64,000 nt of DNA, taken from the NCBI RefSeq assembly GCF_009914755.1, contig NC_060933.1. One strand, written 5' to 3'. Positions 12,741-27,940 of the stretch are shown here, piece after piece (within the stretch, counting starts at the first letter, position 1; the number at the start of each line of letters is the position of its first letter). Position numbers and translations under genes: made by a program. The notes beneath the pieces were generated by a model. It made no database searches. It saw only the letters and a list, made by a program, of their open reading frames with translations, and was not told the origin of the DNA. Source of the DNA: the human T2T-CHM13v2.0 reference genome, Homo sapiens.

Positions 12741-13997
12741 AACTTAACATGTAGGTTAAGTTTTTTACAGGCATCACTAAGATGAAATTCGTGATCATTA
12801 GTATAAATAACATTCAGAATATTATGATGCCATTAAGAAAATGTTTCCTGGTGATCATCCATACTGCAGAGTATGAAACAGACTTAGAGCTCCCCTGCTT
12901 TATTTCATTTTTATTGAAAAATTTCATAGAGGAAACTGTAATTGAATGATTAAGCCACTTTGTTTTCACGTAAGTCCTATTTCGAAGAAATAAAGTACGC
13001 ACGCAGAAAAAGCACTCATTATCAACACACAGGTAAGCAAAACCACTGATCTGTGTTTCTCAGAAAATACACTAAGGTGCTCTATCCATTTCCCAACCAG
13101 TGCATCCTGATAGGTTTTAGACTCAGGAAACAGTTACATCTACCTTATCTGACCACATCCAGATCTGGCCAACAACCTGAAGTTAGAAGCCATCAATTCA
13201 GAAGATCTTTTCAAAGTACAATATTGATACAAAAATGATTTGAATTTTTAATTAGGGGTGGGTATGTGTAAGAGGGAACAAACAACTCATTCATTCAGAG
13301 CTGTCTTGAGCACCTACTGTAATAAACGTGGCAACATGGTAGGTAGACTAGGTAGACTAAGGATGGATGAAATCCTGAAATAATCTTCCAGTTCTATGCT
13401 GGCCTCTGTCCCTCCTTTCTCCAGTTAATAAACATTTAAGACATGCCTATACTGTGCTATGTGCAGACTGAGACTACAAATCCAAATAAGACCCTCAAGG
13501 AGCTTATGTGGTTTAATGGAAGAGCTAGGCAAAAGGATAAAAGTAAGGCATTCAGGTTGCTCCCATGCTGGGAAAGGGTACTCTACTTGCACAGCAGGGG
13601 GCTAAGGCAGTCCTTCTAGCAGAGGTGACTTCTGAGCCATGCCTGAAGAGCCAAACAGGTGAAGATGAACCATCTAAATAGATGCAGCAGCAAGTAGAAA
13701 GGCACAGAGAGTGGAGGAAAGCATGGCGTGTTTAGAGAGAGCAGAAAGATGGAAAAGATGTGGGCATGTAGGACATGAAGAAGTCTGATGACACACGAGG
13801 GTAGAGAGGCAGGCAGGGGCCAAGTTCATTCAGTCCTCCACTCAACTAATAGGTCTTGACCATATGCTGCATGTTTGGTTTTGTCCTAGGCACTGGAGAT
13901 ACAACACTGAATAAAACAGACAAACCCCTACCCTGGTGGAGCTTAAATCCTGGTGGAAGAGAAACAGACACACTAAATAAAATACGAAATATATTAG

Positions 13998-14303
<306 letters not shown>

Positions 14304-14631
14304 AGAAAATAATTTTTAAGGAAGAAAAGACAAAGTGGAGAAAGAGGACCTGAAATGGTGTGGGTGAGGAAAGGCTGAAAATTCAGATACAGCAGTCAGG
14401 GCAAGAGTCATTGAGATGAGTTCTGAGTCAAGGTCTGAGATGTGAAGGCAAAATTTTTCAGGGAAAAGGAACAGCGAAGAAGCCAGTGTGACCAAAGTTG
14501 AACAAGTGAAGGAGGGAGAGAGGAGATGCAGTCAGAGATGAAGGGAAAAGGAGACACGTCATGTAGGCCTGGCACGTCCTGTAGGGTTTTGATCAAGATT
14601 TGGCAGGCCGTGTAGAAGAGTTTGGATTTTC

Positions 14632-14844
14632 ATGAGAACACATGGACACAGGGAGGGGAACATCACACAGCAGGGCCTGTTGTGGGGTGGAGGGCTGGGG
14701 GAGGGATAGCATTAGGAGAAATACCTAATGTAAATGATGAGTTGATGGGTGCAGCAAACTAACGTGGCACATGTATACCTATGTAACAAACTTGCACATT
14801 GTGCACGTGTACCCTAGAACTTAAAGTATAATAAAATAAAATAA
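14632..14844 (+). mobile_element. L1PA 3' end fragment (about L1PA6-7)
   Basis: L1 3'UTR gggatagcattaggagaaatacctaatgtaaatg...cctagaacttaaagtataataaa. TSD aagagtttggat(t/g)ttc at 14616-14631 and 14845-14860. Confidence 0.93.
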
Positions 14845-15739
14845 AAGAGTTTGGATGTTCTTTCAACCCAGGAGAAAGTCAATGACGTATCATTAGCAAG
14901 TGTGACTTTCCATGAGTTGGAGTAAAGAACAGGTTGGCGGAGAGAAGATCAGTTAAGAGGTTCTGCAGAGATCCAAGTGGATAGGGGATTATTACAGCCT
15001 GAATAAGGTGGTGATAAATCATCAGCCTCTATCTAAATTATTAGCAGATCCTAAAAAAGGACAGTCGTAGTTTAACCTCATTGGCTTTCTTGGCCTAACA
15101 TGAGAGAGGGTAGCAGGAGGAAAAAAATCAACAGCAAATATTCCCAGATATTATTTAAATTCGACATAAAATGAAACACTTTTCTGTTCCATATAGTGAG
15201 ATCATGCCATGAACTCTGAGGATTTGGGGCTCAAAGGCCAAAAGACCACTGTGGACTTCAGCAGATCACATACTCAAAAGCACCAGCATTGTGACGTGAA
15301 TGTCAATCTGAAAAATAACATGGTTCCTGGGTTGCCTGTAAACAGTGCTTGCGTTCTGGCTAGAGATTTGGGTCCGGTCCTTCTGGGGACAGGGTGCTCA
15401 ACATATGCACTGCCCAAAGTGCCACCAAAGTGGCAAGTGGTGCTGAATGTAGTTCAGGCCTGGCTCACCACGGCCAAGCCATGTGCTCTGGTTTGGGCTT
15501 TATCCGCTCAGAAAGAACACCTTTTCTAATTTCATAAAGGCTCAACATGAGCTTGCTAGGGCCCAGTGGCTGGGGCTTAGAAATCTGCACTTGATTTCAT
15601 GGCTCTCTGAAGGTTAACGAAGACTCAGACATCAGTTTGACTCAAATCTGTAAAACTGATCCTAACGTAGGAAATGGCTGAGACTCTTAGGAGTGTTACA
15701 CTACCCTGGACTAGGCAGGCTCCTACTACAAAATGTTTT

Positions 15740-16061
<322 letters not shown>

Positions 16062-16077
16062 CTTTAGAATGTTTCAT

Positions 16078-16113
16078 TAAAAACAAAAAAACAAAACAAA
16101 ACAAAACAAAAAC
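16078..16113. repeat. (AAAAC)n simple repeat
   Basis: Direct reading. Confidence 0.85.
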
Positions 16114-17830
16114 ACCATAATGATACCAGAACCCATATCTAATGTGGTTCTGTGCTTCTTTTACTAAGATAAAGAATTCGGAGTCTACATTTTCTCCCTA
16201 GTCATGATTCTGTTTAGGACACACACAAAGAATATAGTTTATTTCTTTAGAACTAGGATTGGACTATTAAAAATAGCACCATTATTGTGACAATGACAAA
16301 TATTCAGAAGAGCCCTAAGTTGTGCTTAAGCACAATTACCTTAATGTCAGTTGATATTTTATGATACAACTGTGAGGCACTTTATTTTTAAGGCAGTTTA
16401 ACCTGATTCCTTCATGCCTAAGAACAGACATCTAAGGTTTAAATCTAGGATTCTTAATAAGATGATTAAGCAATGCTCTGCAGTTTCTTTAAATATTTAA
16501 TATAATTTTCATCACATAAATATTTACAGTTTATATTTTTTCTTGTGTTTATCAGGAGCAGGGGATCCATATCTTTTTTAAAGATGGGGAGGGGATGATC
16601 TCAACAATCAAAATATTCTACCAAGCTCTTTAGAAGCCCAGGCTATGGTGAGAAAACCTTATTCAAATATGTCTATTCAAGCCGATGCTGTATTTACCAG
16701 ACACCCAGTTGCTGTTTATAGGGCTAGGATCTGGAAGGTGTTTGCTTCTAAAGTATCTTCTTACCTCACAACTTTGGTTCCATCATCACATCAGCAGCCT
16801 CTCCGCAGTACTACTACCATCATCAACATGGCATTAGATATGCACGATGCTCTTTTTCTGAAGATAGCAGAGTAATTCCACACACATTAGGTTGTGATCC
16901 ATATGTTCTGCAGAGTCAGGCATTGCCTGGCAGGAAGGGGAAGGGCTCAGAGAGTCTGTTCACCCTTGTGGTCACTATTGTGCATGGCCACTCTGGTAGC
17001 CTTTTTGGAGCTCTAATATCAGAAAGGGGTTTCCTAGTCATCTCAAAGTGTGGAACAGGGAAGTTCCCTAAATACCCAGTTTATGATGTAGGCCTAATTT
17101 CTAGATATTGCAGAAAACAGTATTCAGTATCTCATTTATCCTAAAAACATTTCTGTGAAGTAGATGTAGGTAGTTATTATTCTGTCCATATTAGATGATG
17201 AAAGTATAGCACTGAAAGTTTTAATAATGTTAATCCAAGTTGGTTTTATCAGCAAAAGCAGAGACCATGCCCTTTGACATATGTCTGAATATTACATATT
17301 CTCTAATTCATGAATTCATTCTCAAATTCCTATTTATTGCTTATTATATGCCACACATTATACCGGAAACCAAGTACCCTAAATAACAAAACAGAAATGA
17401 TCTCTGCTCTCATGGACCTAAAAGTTTGGTGGGGGAGATGGGTATAAATAAACAAATAGGTAAACAAATATAGGACTACAAGGTATAAAAATCGCTCTAA
17501 AGAAAATACGTAGTGGCTAAGAAAAAAGGGTAAAAGTCATTTAGATTGGGTGGCATTTAAGTTGAAAGTAAAGTCGGAATTAACCAAGTAAAAAGGTTGG
17601 GCTAAAAACATCCACCAACATAAAGGACATACTATATACCCTGGAAAGAACAATTATACAGAAAAACGCAGGTTAGCCAGTCATATCTGTGAACAGATAA
17701 AGAGACTTTAAGAAATTCTCTGTTTTCCAAGATACTTGTACATGCATGTTTACAGCAGCACAATTCACAACTGCAAAATCGTGGAACCAACCCAAATGCC
17801 CACCGATCAATGAGTGGATAAAGAAACTGT

Positions 17831-17831
<1 letters not shown>

Positions 17832-17875
<44 letters not shown>
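17832..17875. repeat. (GT)22 microsatellite
   Basis: Direct reading. Confidence 0.97.
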
Positions 17876-17879
<4 letters not shown>

Positions 17880-18120
17880 ATTCCACCATATATATATTCC
17901 ATCATATATATTCCATCATATATATATATTCTATCATATATATATTCCATCACATATATATTCTATCATATGTATATATTCCATCATATATATATTCTAT
18001 CATATATATATTCCATCATATATATATTCTATCATATATATATTCCATCATATATATATTCTATCATATATATATTCCATCATATATATATATATTCCAT
18101 CATATATATATATATATGAA
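17876..18120. repeat. AT-rich minisatellite, unit about ATATATATTC(C/T)ATC
   Basis: About 15 tandem units of ttccatc/ttctatc separated by (AT)n of variable length. Confidence 0.95.
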
Positions 18121-18934
18121 TATATGATGGAACACTACGCAGCCATAAAAAGGAATGAATTAACAGCATTTGCAGTGACCTAGATGAGATTGGAGACTAC
18201 TATCCAAAGTGAAGTAACTTAGGAATGGAAAACCAAACACCGTATGTACTCACTGATATGTGGGAGCTAAGCTATGAGGACGCAAACACCTAACAATGAT
18301 ACAACGGACTTTGGGGACTTAGGGGGAAGAGTGGGAGGGGGGTGAGGGATAAAAGACTACAAATATGGTACAGTGTATACGGCTGATGGGTGCACCAAAA
18401 TCTCATAAATCACCACTAAAGAACTTACTCATGTAACCAAATACCACCTGTACCCCAATAACTTATAGAAAAATAAAAAATAAATAAAATCTATAATCAA
18501 GAAAAAAAAAAGACCCCCAAAAAATTATATGTTTTCTTCTGTCTCCTACCTTAATTTATGATGCCTCATATTGGGAAACAGACCTTTACCGACAATGAAG
18601 AAGCCTGGATTCCAGGTCCAGCTCTACCACTGATTCTAAATCCTATTGTCCAATTCTCAGTGGCCCGCAGAGGAGGTGCGTGTCCCTGCCAGGGGTTGTC
18701 ACCATCTTCTCTGGGCTACTGGATATCAAATAGTAGAATAATGTGAATACAAACAACAGAAACTCTACAAATACTAGACAGATTGAACATATTTAATAAC
18801 CGTTTTATTAGTTAACACAATTACTATACCTGCCATAAGAAAAGCACAGGTATGTTCAGCACTTACAACAAACCACAATGTAATCAAATTCCCATTTTAA
18901 AATATGGACGCTAATGATTATAGTTAAAATACAC

Positions 18935-19147
18935 TGCACTCTTACTATTTGTTGGGCATCATGCCAAGGACTTTCTTATATAAATAAGAATTAAATCTCA
19001 CTTAATTCTTAGTAAATCTTCCAAGGTGGGTATTACTATTCTCATTTAACAAATGAGAAAACTGAGGCTCAGTCAGTTAAGTTACTTTTTTGAGGTCAAT
19101 GTGGAGGTTACTGCTTACTTAGGCAGTCTGATTCCAGAGCCTATGTT
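18935..19147 (-). mobile_element. MIR SINE
   Basis: tattctcatttaacaaatgagaaaactgaggctcag...ggcagtctgattccagagcc. Confidence 0.75.
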
Positions 19148-19324
19148 TAGAAATTAGTTTGTATTAATCTACTGTTAATTAATTAAATATTAATTATATT
19201 ACTAGAAAATGACCTGGCATTTTAATTATACCACACTAAATCACACCAATTCTTCCTCTGGTGTATCTCAAGCCCATCCCTTATCTTTCCATTTGCACTG
19301 CCATCAAATATAGCTCCTCCCTAA

Positions 19325-19639
<315 letters not shown>

Positions 19640-20776
19640 CTCCCTAAATATCTTAAATAGCCTTCTAATTGGTTCTCCTGGCTAAGAAAATATGATCAAT
19701 CTTCATTCTAACTACTCAATTTACTACTATCATACTAAGGCTCTTGGAACTCAGCTTTCTGGATTTCATTCTTCCACTTTAAACCTTCAGTAATCCCAGA
19801 CTATGAAATGGGGCCCCATTTCATAGCTGGGAATTCACAAACTCCCAGATTCTTAGCCTAGTGGCCTGCTACTCCCAACTCCTCCTCAATTCCTGCAGCC
19901 CAGCCCACTGGCTGAAACATGTCTCTAGCCACATGCATGCTGACTCTACCCTGGTTTCCACTACATTCCCTCTCTCCTCTACCCCTTTTCAAGACTATTC
20001 TCCTCACCATTCAGAATCCTACCCATCCACCAAACTCAACTCAAGTCTGATGTGTCTCATTAAGCCTGCTCCAGTTTTTAGTAACCTTGCCTGTCCCCAA
20101 ACCCTGGGCATTTAATGAACATCCAATTCATTTGACTTCTTGCCAACTCCTGCATTCTTATTTAATGTTTACCCTTTTAATTTTCTAAATGTATAGCACT
20201 TGTCTCGGGAACCATATGAAAGCTGATAGCAAGAACAAACAATTTTTTTCTTTGATTTTCTAAGGGTTCCAAACCCAAAACACATAAATAAAAAAAATCT
20301 AGAATGAACAAAACATTTCACTCACTTGAAGTATATATATAGCTCATATATGACTAAACAATTACAGAGTCTACTTTGTCCTTGCCCATACAGTCATAAA
20401 TGCAAGTCTGAGTTATGCTAACCAATCTTCTATATGCGCTTGCAAATTTTGGCCAAAGAATTTAGTTTTTCAGGGTGGATGGAGCAGGAGGCATGAGGGA
20501 GGGAAAATAATGATCATCCCTTAATCATTTTAAAATACAGATGTGAAAAAAGCATTTCTAGTGGCAAAATAGGACACACCCATCACTCTGTTTTAAGAGT
20601 ACACTACTACTATCTGTTGGTGCTTTATACCTAAATAAAGTCCTTTTGCAGGAATGAGACAGGTGGTTATTGGGTTGTCTAATGTCTCACAACTAGTAAC
20701 TAACCATCAGTATTTGAACCAATCTGTATAAGACAGTGGTGTGTCTTCTAGTATCCTGGTATAAATCATACTAAGA

Positions 20777-20980
20777 CAGTGGTTAACAGCATGGACTCCA
20801 GAGCTAGACTGTGTGAGTTCAAATCCCAGCTCTGCCACTTATAACTATATGATATTGAACAAGTTACCTAAGTGATCTGCGTCTTAGTTTTCCTCTTTGT
20901 AAAATAAAGTTAGTAATCATACTTACTACAGAGAGTTGGTGTGGTAACAAAATGAGCAAATATAAGTAACGCACTTAAAA
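20777..20980 (+). mobile_element. MIR SINE
   Basis: cagtggttaacagcatggactccagagctagactg...gttcaaatcccagctctgccactta...aagttacctaa...ttttcctctttgtaaaat. Confidence 0.85.
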
Positions 20981-21809
20981 TTATATATGTGCTCTCTAAT
21001 GCTATTATGATTGTACAATAACAGAAATCTAATTAGCCTTTCAAACATTCTTCTGAAGGGAGTCTTTATTATTCATACGAATGAGTAATGCTTAACATTT
21101 TCACCAAAAATCTTGAGGAACAAGGGAAGTAACTTATCTCATGAGTCAGCAATGAAAACCATTCCTCAACACACCTCTTGACTGATGATAATAATGATAC
21201 CAATGCTTTTTATAGAACCTTCTCAAAGTTTACAACTTTTCAACACTTTTCATACATTTTACCATCACAACCACTCAGTGAGATGGATGGATAGATGGCT
21301 GGGTGTCCAAATGGAGGATGAAAGATATATAAAACCTTAGAGTCAGATGACTTCATTAGGGTTGAGTAGCTCTTGCAGAGCCTAATACATGCTTTTAGAA
21401 CTAAACTCCAGTCTCCCACAGTCTGCATAACATAGAGTATTTCTCTACAGTTCACTTATCCTGAGATACATAGAAAATCTAAGAAGCATAAATAAGGGCC
21501 CTAAAAACTCTCTGTCCACAATTGGTTTGATGGAAACGCTGATCCCATTAGGGGCTGGATGAATGGCTAAGTGGGTTTTAAAAAAGCGAATGTAACCAAC
21601 ACTCAAAGGAAGGTCAGGAAGCTAAGGTCTATGTTACCCTGACCTCTGGTAAGGTAGGTAAGACACCCACAGAAAACTACAGCCTCTACTCCATTGGTTG
21701 AATTGCTAAAGAACAGAGAATAAGTGACTAAGCCTGGGGAATACCAAGACACTTTGCCATTTTCTTGCATATTTAAAATGCATTTCTAATTTGTAAGGGC
21801 TTTTTTGAC

Positions 21810-22325
21810 TGCTAGTCCCAAGAAAAAGGTCTCCTCAGATAAATGAGTTTAGGAAATGTAACATATCCTTTTTTTGGTTGGCATGGAAGGAGTGGGGGTC
21901 TAGTGGTTTATGCCTGTAATCCTAGCTCTTTGGGAAGTCGAGATGGGAGGATAACTTGAGGGTAGGAGTTTGAGACTAGCCTGGGCAACATGGTGAGATC
22001 CCACCTGTACAAAAAATAAGAAAAATTAGCCAGACGTGATGGCACACATCTGTAGTGCTAGCTACTTGGAAGGATCACTTGAATTCAGTTCAAGGTCACA
22101 GCGAGCTATGGTCACGCCACTGCATTCTAGCCTGGGCGACAGAGCAAGACTCTGTCTCTAACAACAAAAAGAAGTTTCTAAAAAGTTTTGAATATAGGAT
22201 TGGGTTAATTTTTTTTTTTAACACAGGCTTTCCCAAACTTATCAGATCTTTGTAACTTTTAAAGCACAACAGTTACTAACATTCCATAGAATAAATGGTT
22301 TTGGGATACCCTTGGGGACACTAGT
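21810..22325. mobile_element. Old hAT DNA-transposon fossil (MER103-like) interrupted by an Alu
   Basis: Halves tagtcccaagaaaaagg...aaatgagtttaggaaatg and ttaacacaggctttcccaaactta...cttggggacactag flank the Alu. Highly diverged. Confidence 0.4.
21895..22173 (+). mobile_element. Alu (AluJ-like, diverged)
   Basis: gtggtttatgcctgtaatcctagc...gcctgggcgacagagcaagactctgtctc plus A-rich tail. Confidence 0.88.
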
Positions 22326-24081
22326 TTAGACACATTTCCACACTGTTTTGTTTTGTCTTTTTTCCCCCCCTCTTACTTCTTCTTGGGGTGAATGGCTTAC
22401 TTGAAGAATATCATTCTGCACTTAGCTTTCTGTCTGCTCAGATTTAGAGTCAAGGTCTTCCACAGGTCTGAGGAAGCCACAGAATCATGTAGGAAAGCTA
22501 TACAAAGTCATAGCCAGAATTGCAGGAAAATCATACTTTACATAAAAATATAAAGATGTTCCATTTCAAAAGATCGTATCAACAGTAAGATTTATTCTGC
22601 TGAAAAGAAAGTCTGTGAATTGGTATACAGGCTTTTACTTGATGAAGAGATGGGGTTAATCCCACAGAGGGCAAAACAAAGGCATAAATATCAGAAGGTG
22701 GTTTCATGTGGCCTCATGAAGTACCTAAAGGAAGAGCTACAACAAGCGTATTCTAATCTACCCTAGATTTATGGGATTGTAACTCAATCAATGAAAGCGT
22801 ACCAAGACTTTCCAAAAGCACATGGAAGTTAAATGAATTCATGACAGTTAAATGAATTGTCTCTTGCCCTGAGATAAATTTTCACATGAAGAAGAGAAAT
22901 TGCGCACAGTTTGCTACAGAGAGTATTTGAAAGAAAAACAGAAAAGAATATAAGAGGAAAAACATTTTTAAAGTGTAATATATATGGTTTACCACCCTCC
23001 TCCAGCCCCCTCCCACAATTTTGTCCCAAAACGTTACAACAAACATCATTTCTAAGGAACTCTGGGTATAGCCAAGAACGAGGATATTTTGAGGGTCAAA
23101 AAACAAAGCAGAATATCATTCTTCCTGGGCCAAGCTCCAAACACTATACCACGGATGTGCAGAAGGAGACAAATTAACAATCCTGTGCCTACTCTAATTC
23201 ATGCCCTCACAATCCATCTAACTTTTTTTTTACTCATTTTTGTTTCCCTAAGAATTTTTTTTTCTAAATCAAAAATACAAAATACATGGGCCCAAAGGCA
23301 GTGAGGAAAGGGGAGAGGACATTCATGTTTCAGTCAACATCAGGAAATACAGTCACTCGTTGAGAACTAGGTCTCTAATCATATGGTGATAGGACAAATT
23401 CAAGAAATAGGAAAATGGGGTCAAGCAGTCTCTCAAAAAAATCTGATTAATGATAATCTGGAAGAGTGGACCTAAATAAGGCATATCTCAACTTTTTACT
23501 ATCACTGATATCCACAGACATGACAATGTTTACTCAAGTTTTTCTTTGTCACCAGAATGTTATAAATATATATGGATATACAAACTACAAATCAATAACA
23601 CCTTTATAAATACCTTAAGGACCATTATTTAGCAATTATGTGGGCCTCTTCATGTGCCAACACAATACACTTTTCAACATGCCAATAAACCCATTAAACA
23701 TATTTATGGTGATAGTTATTAAGTTCAAGAGGTTTTATCCAGGAATTATAGTTCAGTAAGAAAAATAACCTTGTAGTGAATCAGAAAACATACTTATTCT
23801 AGTCAAGAAATGAATATACTCTGATCTTATAAACATACCCAGCACCTACAGGCAAGTCGGAATCCATATGGCAAATTTAAGCAAAAACACATCACCTGCA
23901 CCTACTAGATGTCATCTTAGCAACAGCACCCATTTATCTAAGTCATAGTTTCCTCATCTGCGAAATAAGGATTATTTTCCTACACTGTATGTGAAAATGC
24001 TTATAAAGATAAGTAATCATGTTCCAAAAAAAGTAGTTAGTCATACCATTTACTGAGAATCAAACTTCTTAAAGTTTGGAA

Positions 24082-24165
24082 TAATACATGTATTCCAGAA
24101 TGAATACATGTATTAATACATGTATTCCAGAATGAATACATGTATTAATACATGTATTCCAGAAT
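24082..24165. repeat. Perfect 32-bp tandem repeat (2.6 copies) rich in palindromes
   Basis: Unit taatacatgtattccagaatgaatacatgtat at 24082 and 24114, partial at 24146. Confidence 0.95.
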
Positions 24166-24510
24166 CCAAGTCCACATATTCTGAAATAATTGTCTTCCTC
24201 TCTCACAATTATATCTATTCCAAATGATACAAGATGCTTCATGAACCTCTGTGACATACTGACTCCCAAAATAGACTGGTTAATAACTTTGCTTTTTCCC
24301 TGAATTCAGATTAAAATGTAAACTCTTAAATAAAGTAGACCCTGAAAGCTGCAAGAAAGATACAGACCCTCCAAATACTGGAGATCAGTCAAGATTTGAT
24401 AAATTCCATTATCTCTAGATCTTCTGTAAAAAACTAGAAATAAATAAATAAAAATTTCAATACTAAAAATGTGTTCTCATCCTGCGCTAACAAATTAGAA
24501 CTGTGGAACC

Positions 24511-24690
24511 AGCCAGGCACAGTAGGACATGCCTATAGTCCCAGCTACTGAGGAAGCTGAGGCGGCAGGATCACTTGAGGCCAGCTGTTCGAGGTTGCAG
24601 TGTGCCATGACCGCACCTGTGAACAGCCACTCCACTCCAGCATGGGCAACACAGCAAGACCTCATCTCTTAAAAAACAAAAAACCCCACA
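24511..24690 (+). mobile_element. FAM (fossil Alu monomer, 7SL-derived)
   Basis: Single monomer retaining the 7SL-type segment gcacctgtgaacagccactccactccagc. TSD aactgtgg(a/g)acc on both sides. Confidence 0.8.
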
Positions 24691-24789
24691 AAACTGTGGG
24701 ACCATGTAATGGTTACAAGAAGCTCAAATTCTAGGTAACATTATTTTAAACAGTGTCATCTTTGGAATTTCTTTATCATGTAGTAGGTA

Positions 24790-25010
24790 AAAGAGAAGAC
24801 TATGAAGTCAACTGTCCAGGTTTGAAACACAACTATCTGCCACTCACAACGTAAGTTGAGGCAATACTGCTAACTTTTCTGAGCCTTGTTTCCCTCATCT
24901 GTAAAATGGAAAGAACAGAACCTATCTTCTGGGAAGATAAATGAGATAAAATGTATAAATGAGATAAAATGTATAAAAGAGATGCAGCACAGAACTCAGA
25001 AATAATTATA
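24790..25010 (+). mobile_element. MIR SINE with small internal 18-bp duplication
   Basis: ctgagccttgtttccctcatctgtaaaatgg core, with aaatgagataaaatgtat repeated twice near 24940-24980. Confidence 0.7.
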
Positions 25011-26297
25011 ACTGTCAAGTCAGTGCTATCCTGCCTGAGTAGCAAATCACATCCCACACCATGCCACTGCAATTTTCCAGTAACAGTCACCACTGCTTGG
25101 GGCCCAGTACTGACATTTTTTGCTCTAATCTTTGTTTATAGAAGGAGTAAATAATCGAAACAAAGAACATTCCAGTATGCAGTGCTGATGGTTACACGAT
25201 AAGGCAGGGCCAGGCACCAACACTAAGACTGGCTATCTATGAAGGTGAAAACACATAACTTTGATAATGAAGCTGTCTCCTGATTTATAGAAGCTAGGCT
25301 GTCTTAACTCTTGGGATTCAGAGCCAACCAAGGTCTGGAGAAAACTCTGCCTGGAGGGAGAGAGCCGAATATGCAGCCAGGATTTAAAGAGAGAAGATTT
25401 TAAGCTTGAAACACTAAAGCTGTTCTAAAAGAAAATAGTGCTTTAAGTTTACAGAGAAAACTTTTTAAAAGAGAATCAGAAAGATTCTGAGTCCTTATCA
25501 GTAACAGTTAAAGACAAAAAAAAATCATATATAGTTCCCTCTCCTAAATTCATCCATTAATCACAGTGCTAAGAACTTCAATCAGGTGATTTGAATTTCA
25601 TGTTAGCATTCGTAATAATATTAACACCCCAAGCAGAACAAGTCAGTTTCTGAAGCTGTAAGGCCAGAGTCTCATTTTAGCACATTTGTAGGACAGTCAC
25701 AGGTACACAAAGTCGCATTAACCACATTTACAATCTCTTTCAAAAATTCTGGAGTACAGCAACCAGAAACACTTCCTCAAATAAAAAGCATAATTGTAGC
25801 TTTCTGGAAGCTCTTTTCACTTTTAGTCCAAAGACTTAGTAAGAAGTGGACTCTGAAAAGCCAGTTGACGAAACTGGCACAGACACTGGGCCATGAAAGC
25901 TTTTAAAAATCTATCGCAAACTTTTCCCATTAAAACTTGGATGGAAATTGTAGAAAAGTTTTTACCTTTTTAATGGTCAAGTGTAGGTTAAAAAAAATAC
26001 TGAGTTCCACAAACTTTTTACAGGCATAACAAGTTTTTAGAAAAGTCACAAAAATACTTATGTGAGAGTAGACGAAGGCCACCCACTCGGCTCTGGATGA
26101 GACCTCAAAAGACCTTCAGGAAGACAACCATTATTTGTCAAGGAAAGTCCTGGATATAACTAGCTTCTTTCCTGTGACTCTTCTTAATCCCACGCTTAAG
26201 TGAAATTATCTGCTGTTTCCTAAATAGGTCTCATGATTTTCTGACCCTGTGTCATCTGGCAAGTTGAAATTTTATCTACCCTTACTGGATCAGATAA

Positions 26298-26863
<566 letters not shown>

Positions 26864-27060
26864 TACACTTCTCTATAAGGCCCGCCTGACCTTCTGGAAT
26901 AAAAGGAACCTTTCCTACTTTCAAAAACTTCTACAGCACTTTATATCTAGACATCTCATATTGTACATAGTATTTTCTACCAAACAGTGCAGTTATTAAT
27001 AGAGAAATCTCATCTTTCTCCCTTGTCTACAAGCCTTTTGAGGGCAGTGTGTCCATTTGC

Positions 27061-27536
<476 letters not shown>

Positions 27537-27794
27537 TATTTCCTTCTTCTACGCTTCCATTCAACAACTTGCTCATATAGTAGGTCCATAATAAACACTT
27601 AGTAATAAATAAATGAACCTTAATTACACATAGCACTAGTACAAACCCAAATATAATTGAGAATATTCTCCCACTTGCTTAAAGCGGCCAAACTATTGAG
27701 AACATTCCAAAATAGAGTTAAATGGAACAGTACATAACAATCGTTCATTATTATAATACTTCACTACCAATGAGAATGCAAATTACAGAAAATT

Positions 27795-27940
27795 TTAGTC
27801 ATTGAGTATTGATGACCTATCAAGCATTTTACTAGGCACAGAGTATAAGAAGATAAGCAAGAAATACTTTCTCTGCCACAAGGAATTTGAAGTCTAGTGA
27901 GAGAGATAAAACAGGTAACAACAGCATATAAAGTTTAAGT
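27795..27940 (-). mobile_element. L2 fragment
   Basis: tcattgagtattgatgacctat...ctaggcacagag...tctgccacaaggaatttgaagtctagtgagagaga resembles the L2 3' end. Confidence 0.5.

Larger units (their letters stand above)
17728..18518 (+). mobile_element. L1PB-type LINE-1 3' end (ORF2 tail and 3'UTR) split by simple repeats
   Basis: gtggaaccaacccaaatgccca...gagtggataaagaaactgtgg and ...gggtgcaccaaaatctcataaatcaccactaaagaactta...A-tail. Decayed TSD aagaaattctctgttttc / aaaaaattatatgttttc. Confidence 0.9.

Noticed and set aside
17632-18183. ORFs up to 145 aa rich in CV and Y/I/H
   Set aside because: These are translations of (GT)n and the AT minisatellite plus a short dead L1 ORF2 tail (WNQPKCP).
24082-24165. 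CRISPR-like look (palindromic ~30-bp repeats)
   Set aside because: The units are directly adjacent with no unique spacers, no cas genes are present, and the context is primate DNA.
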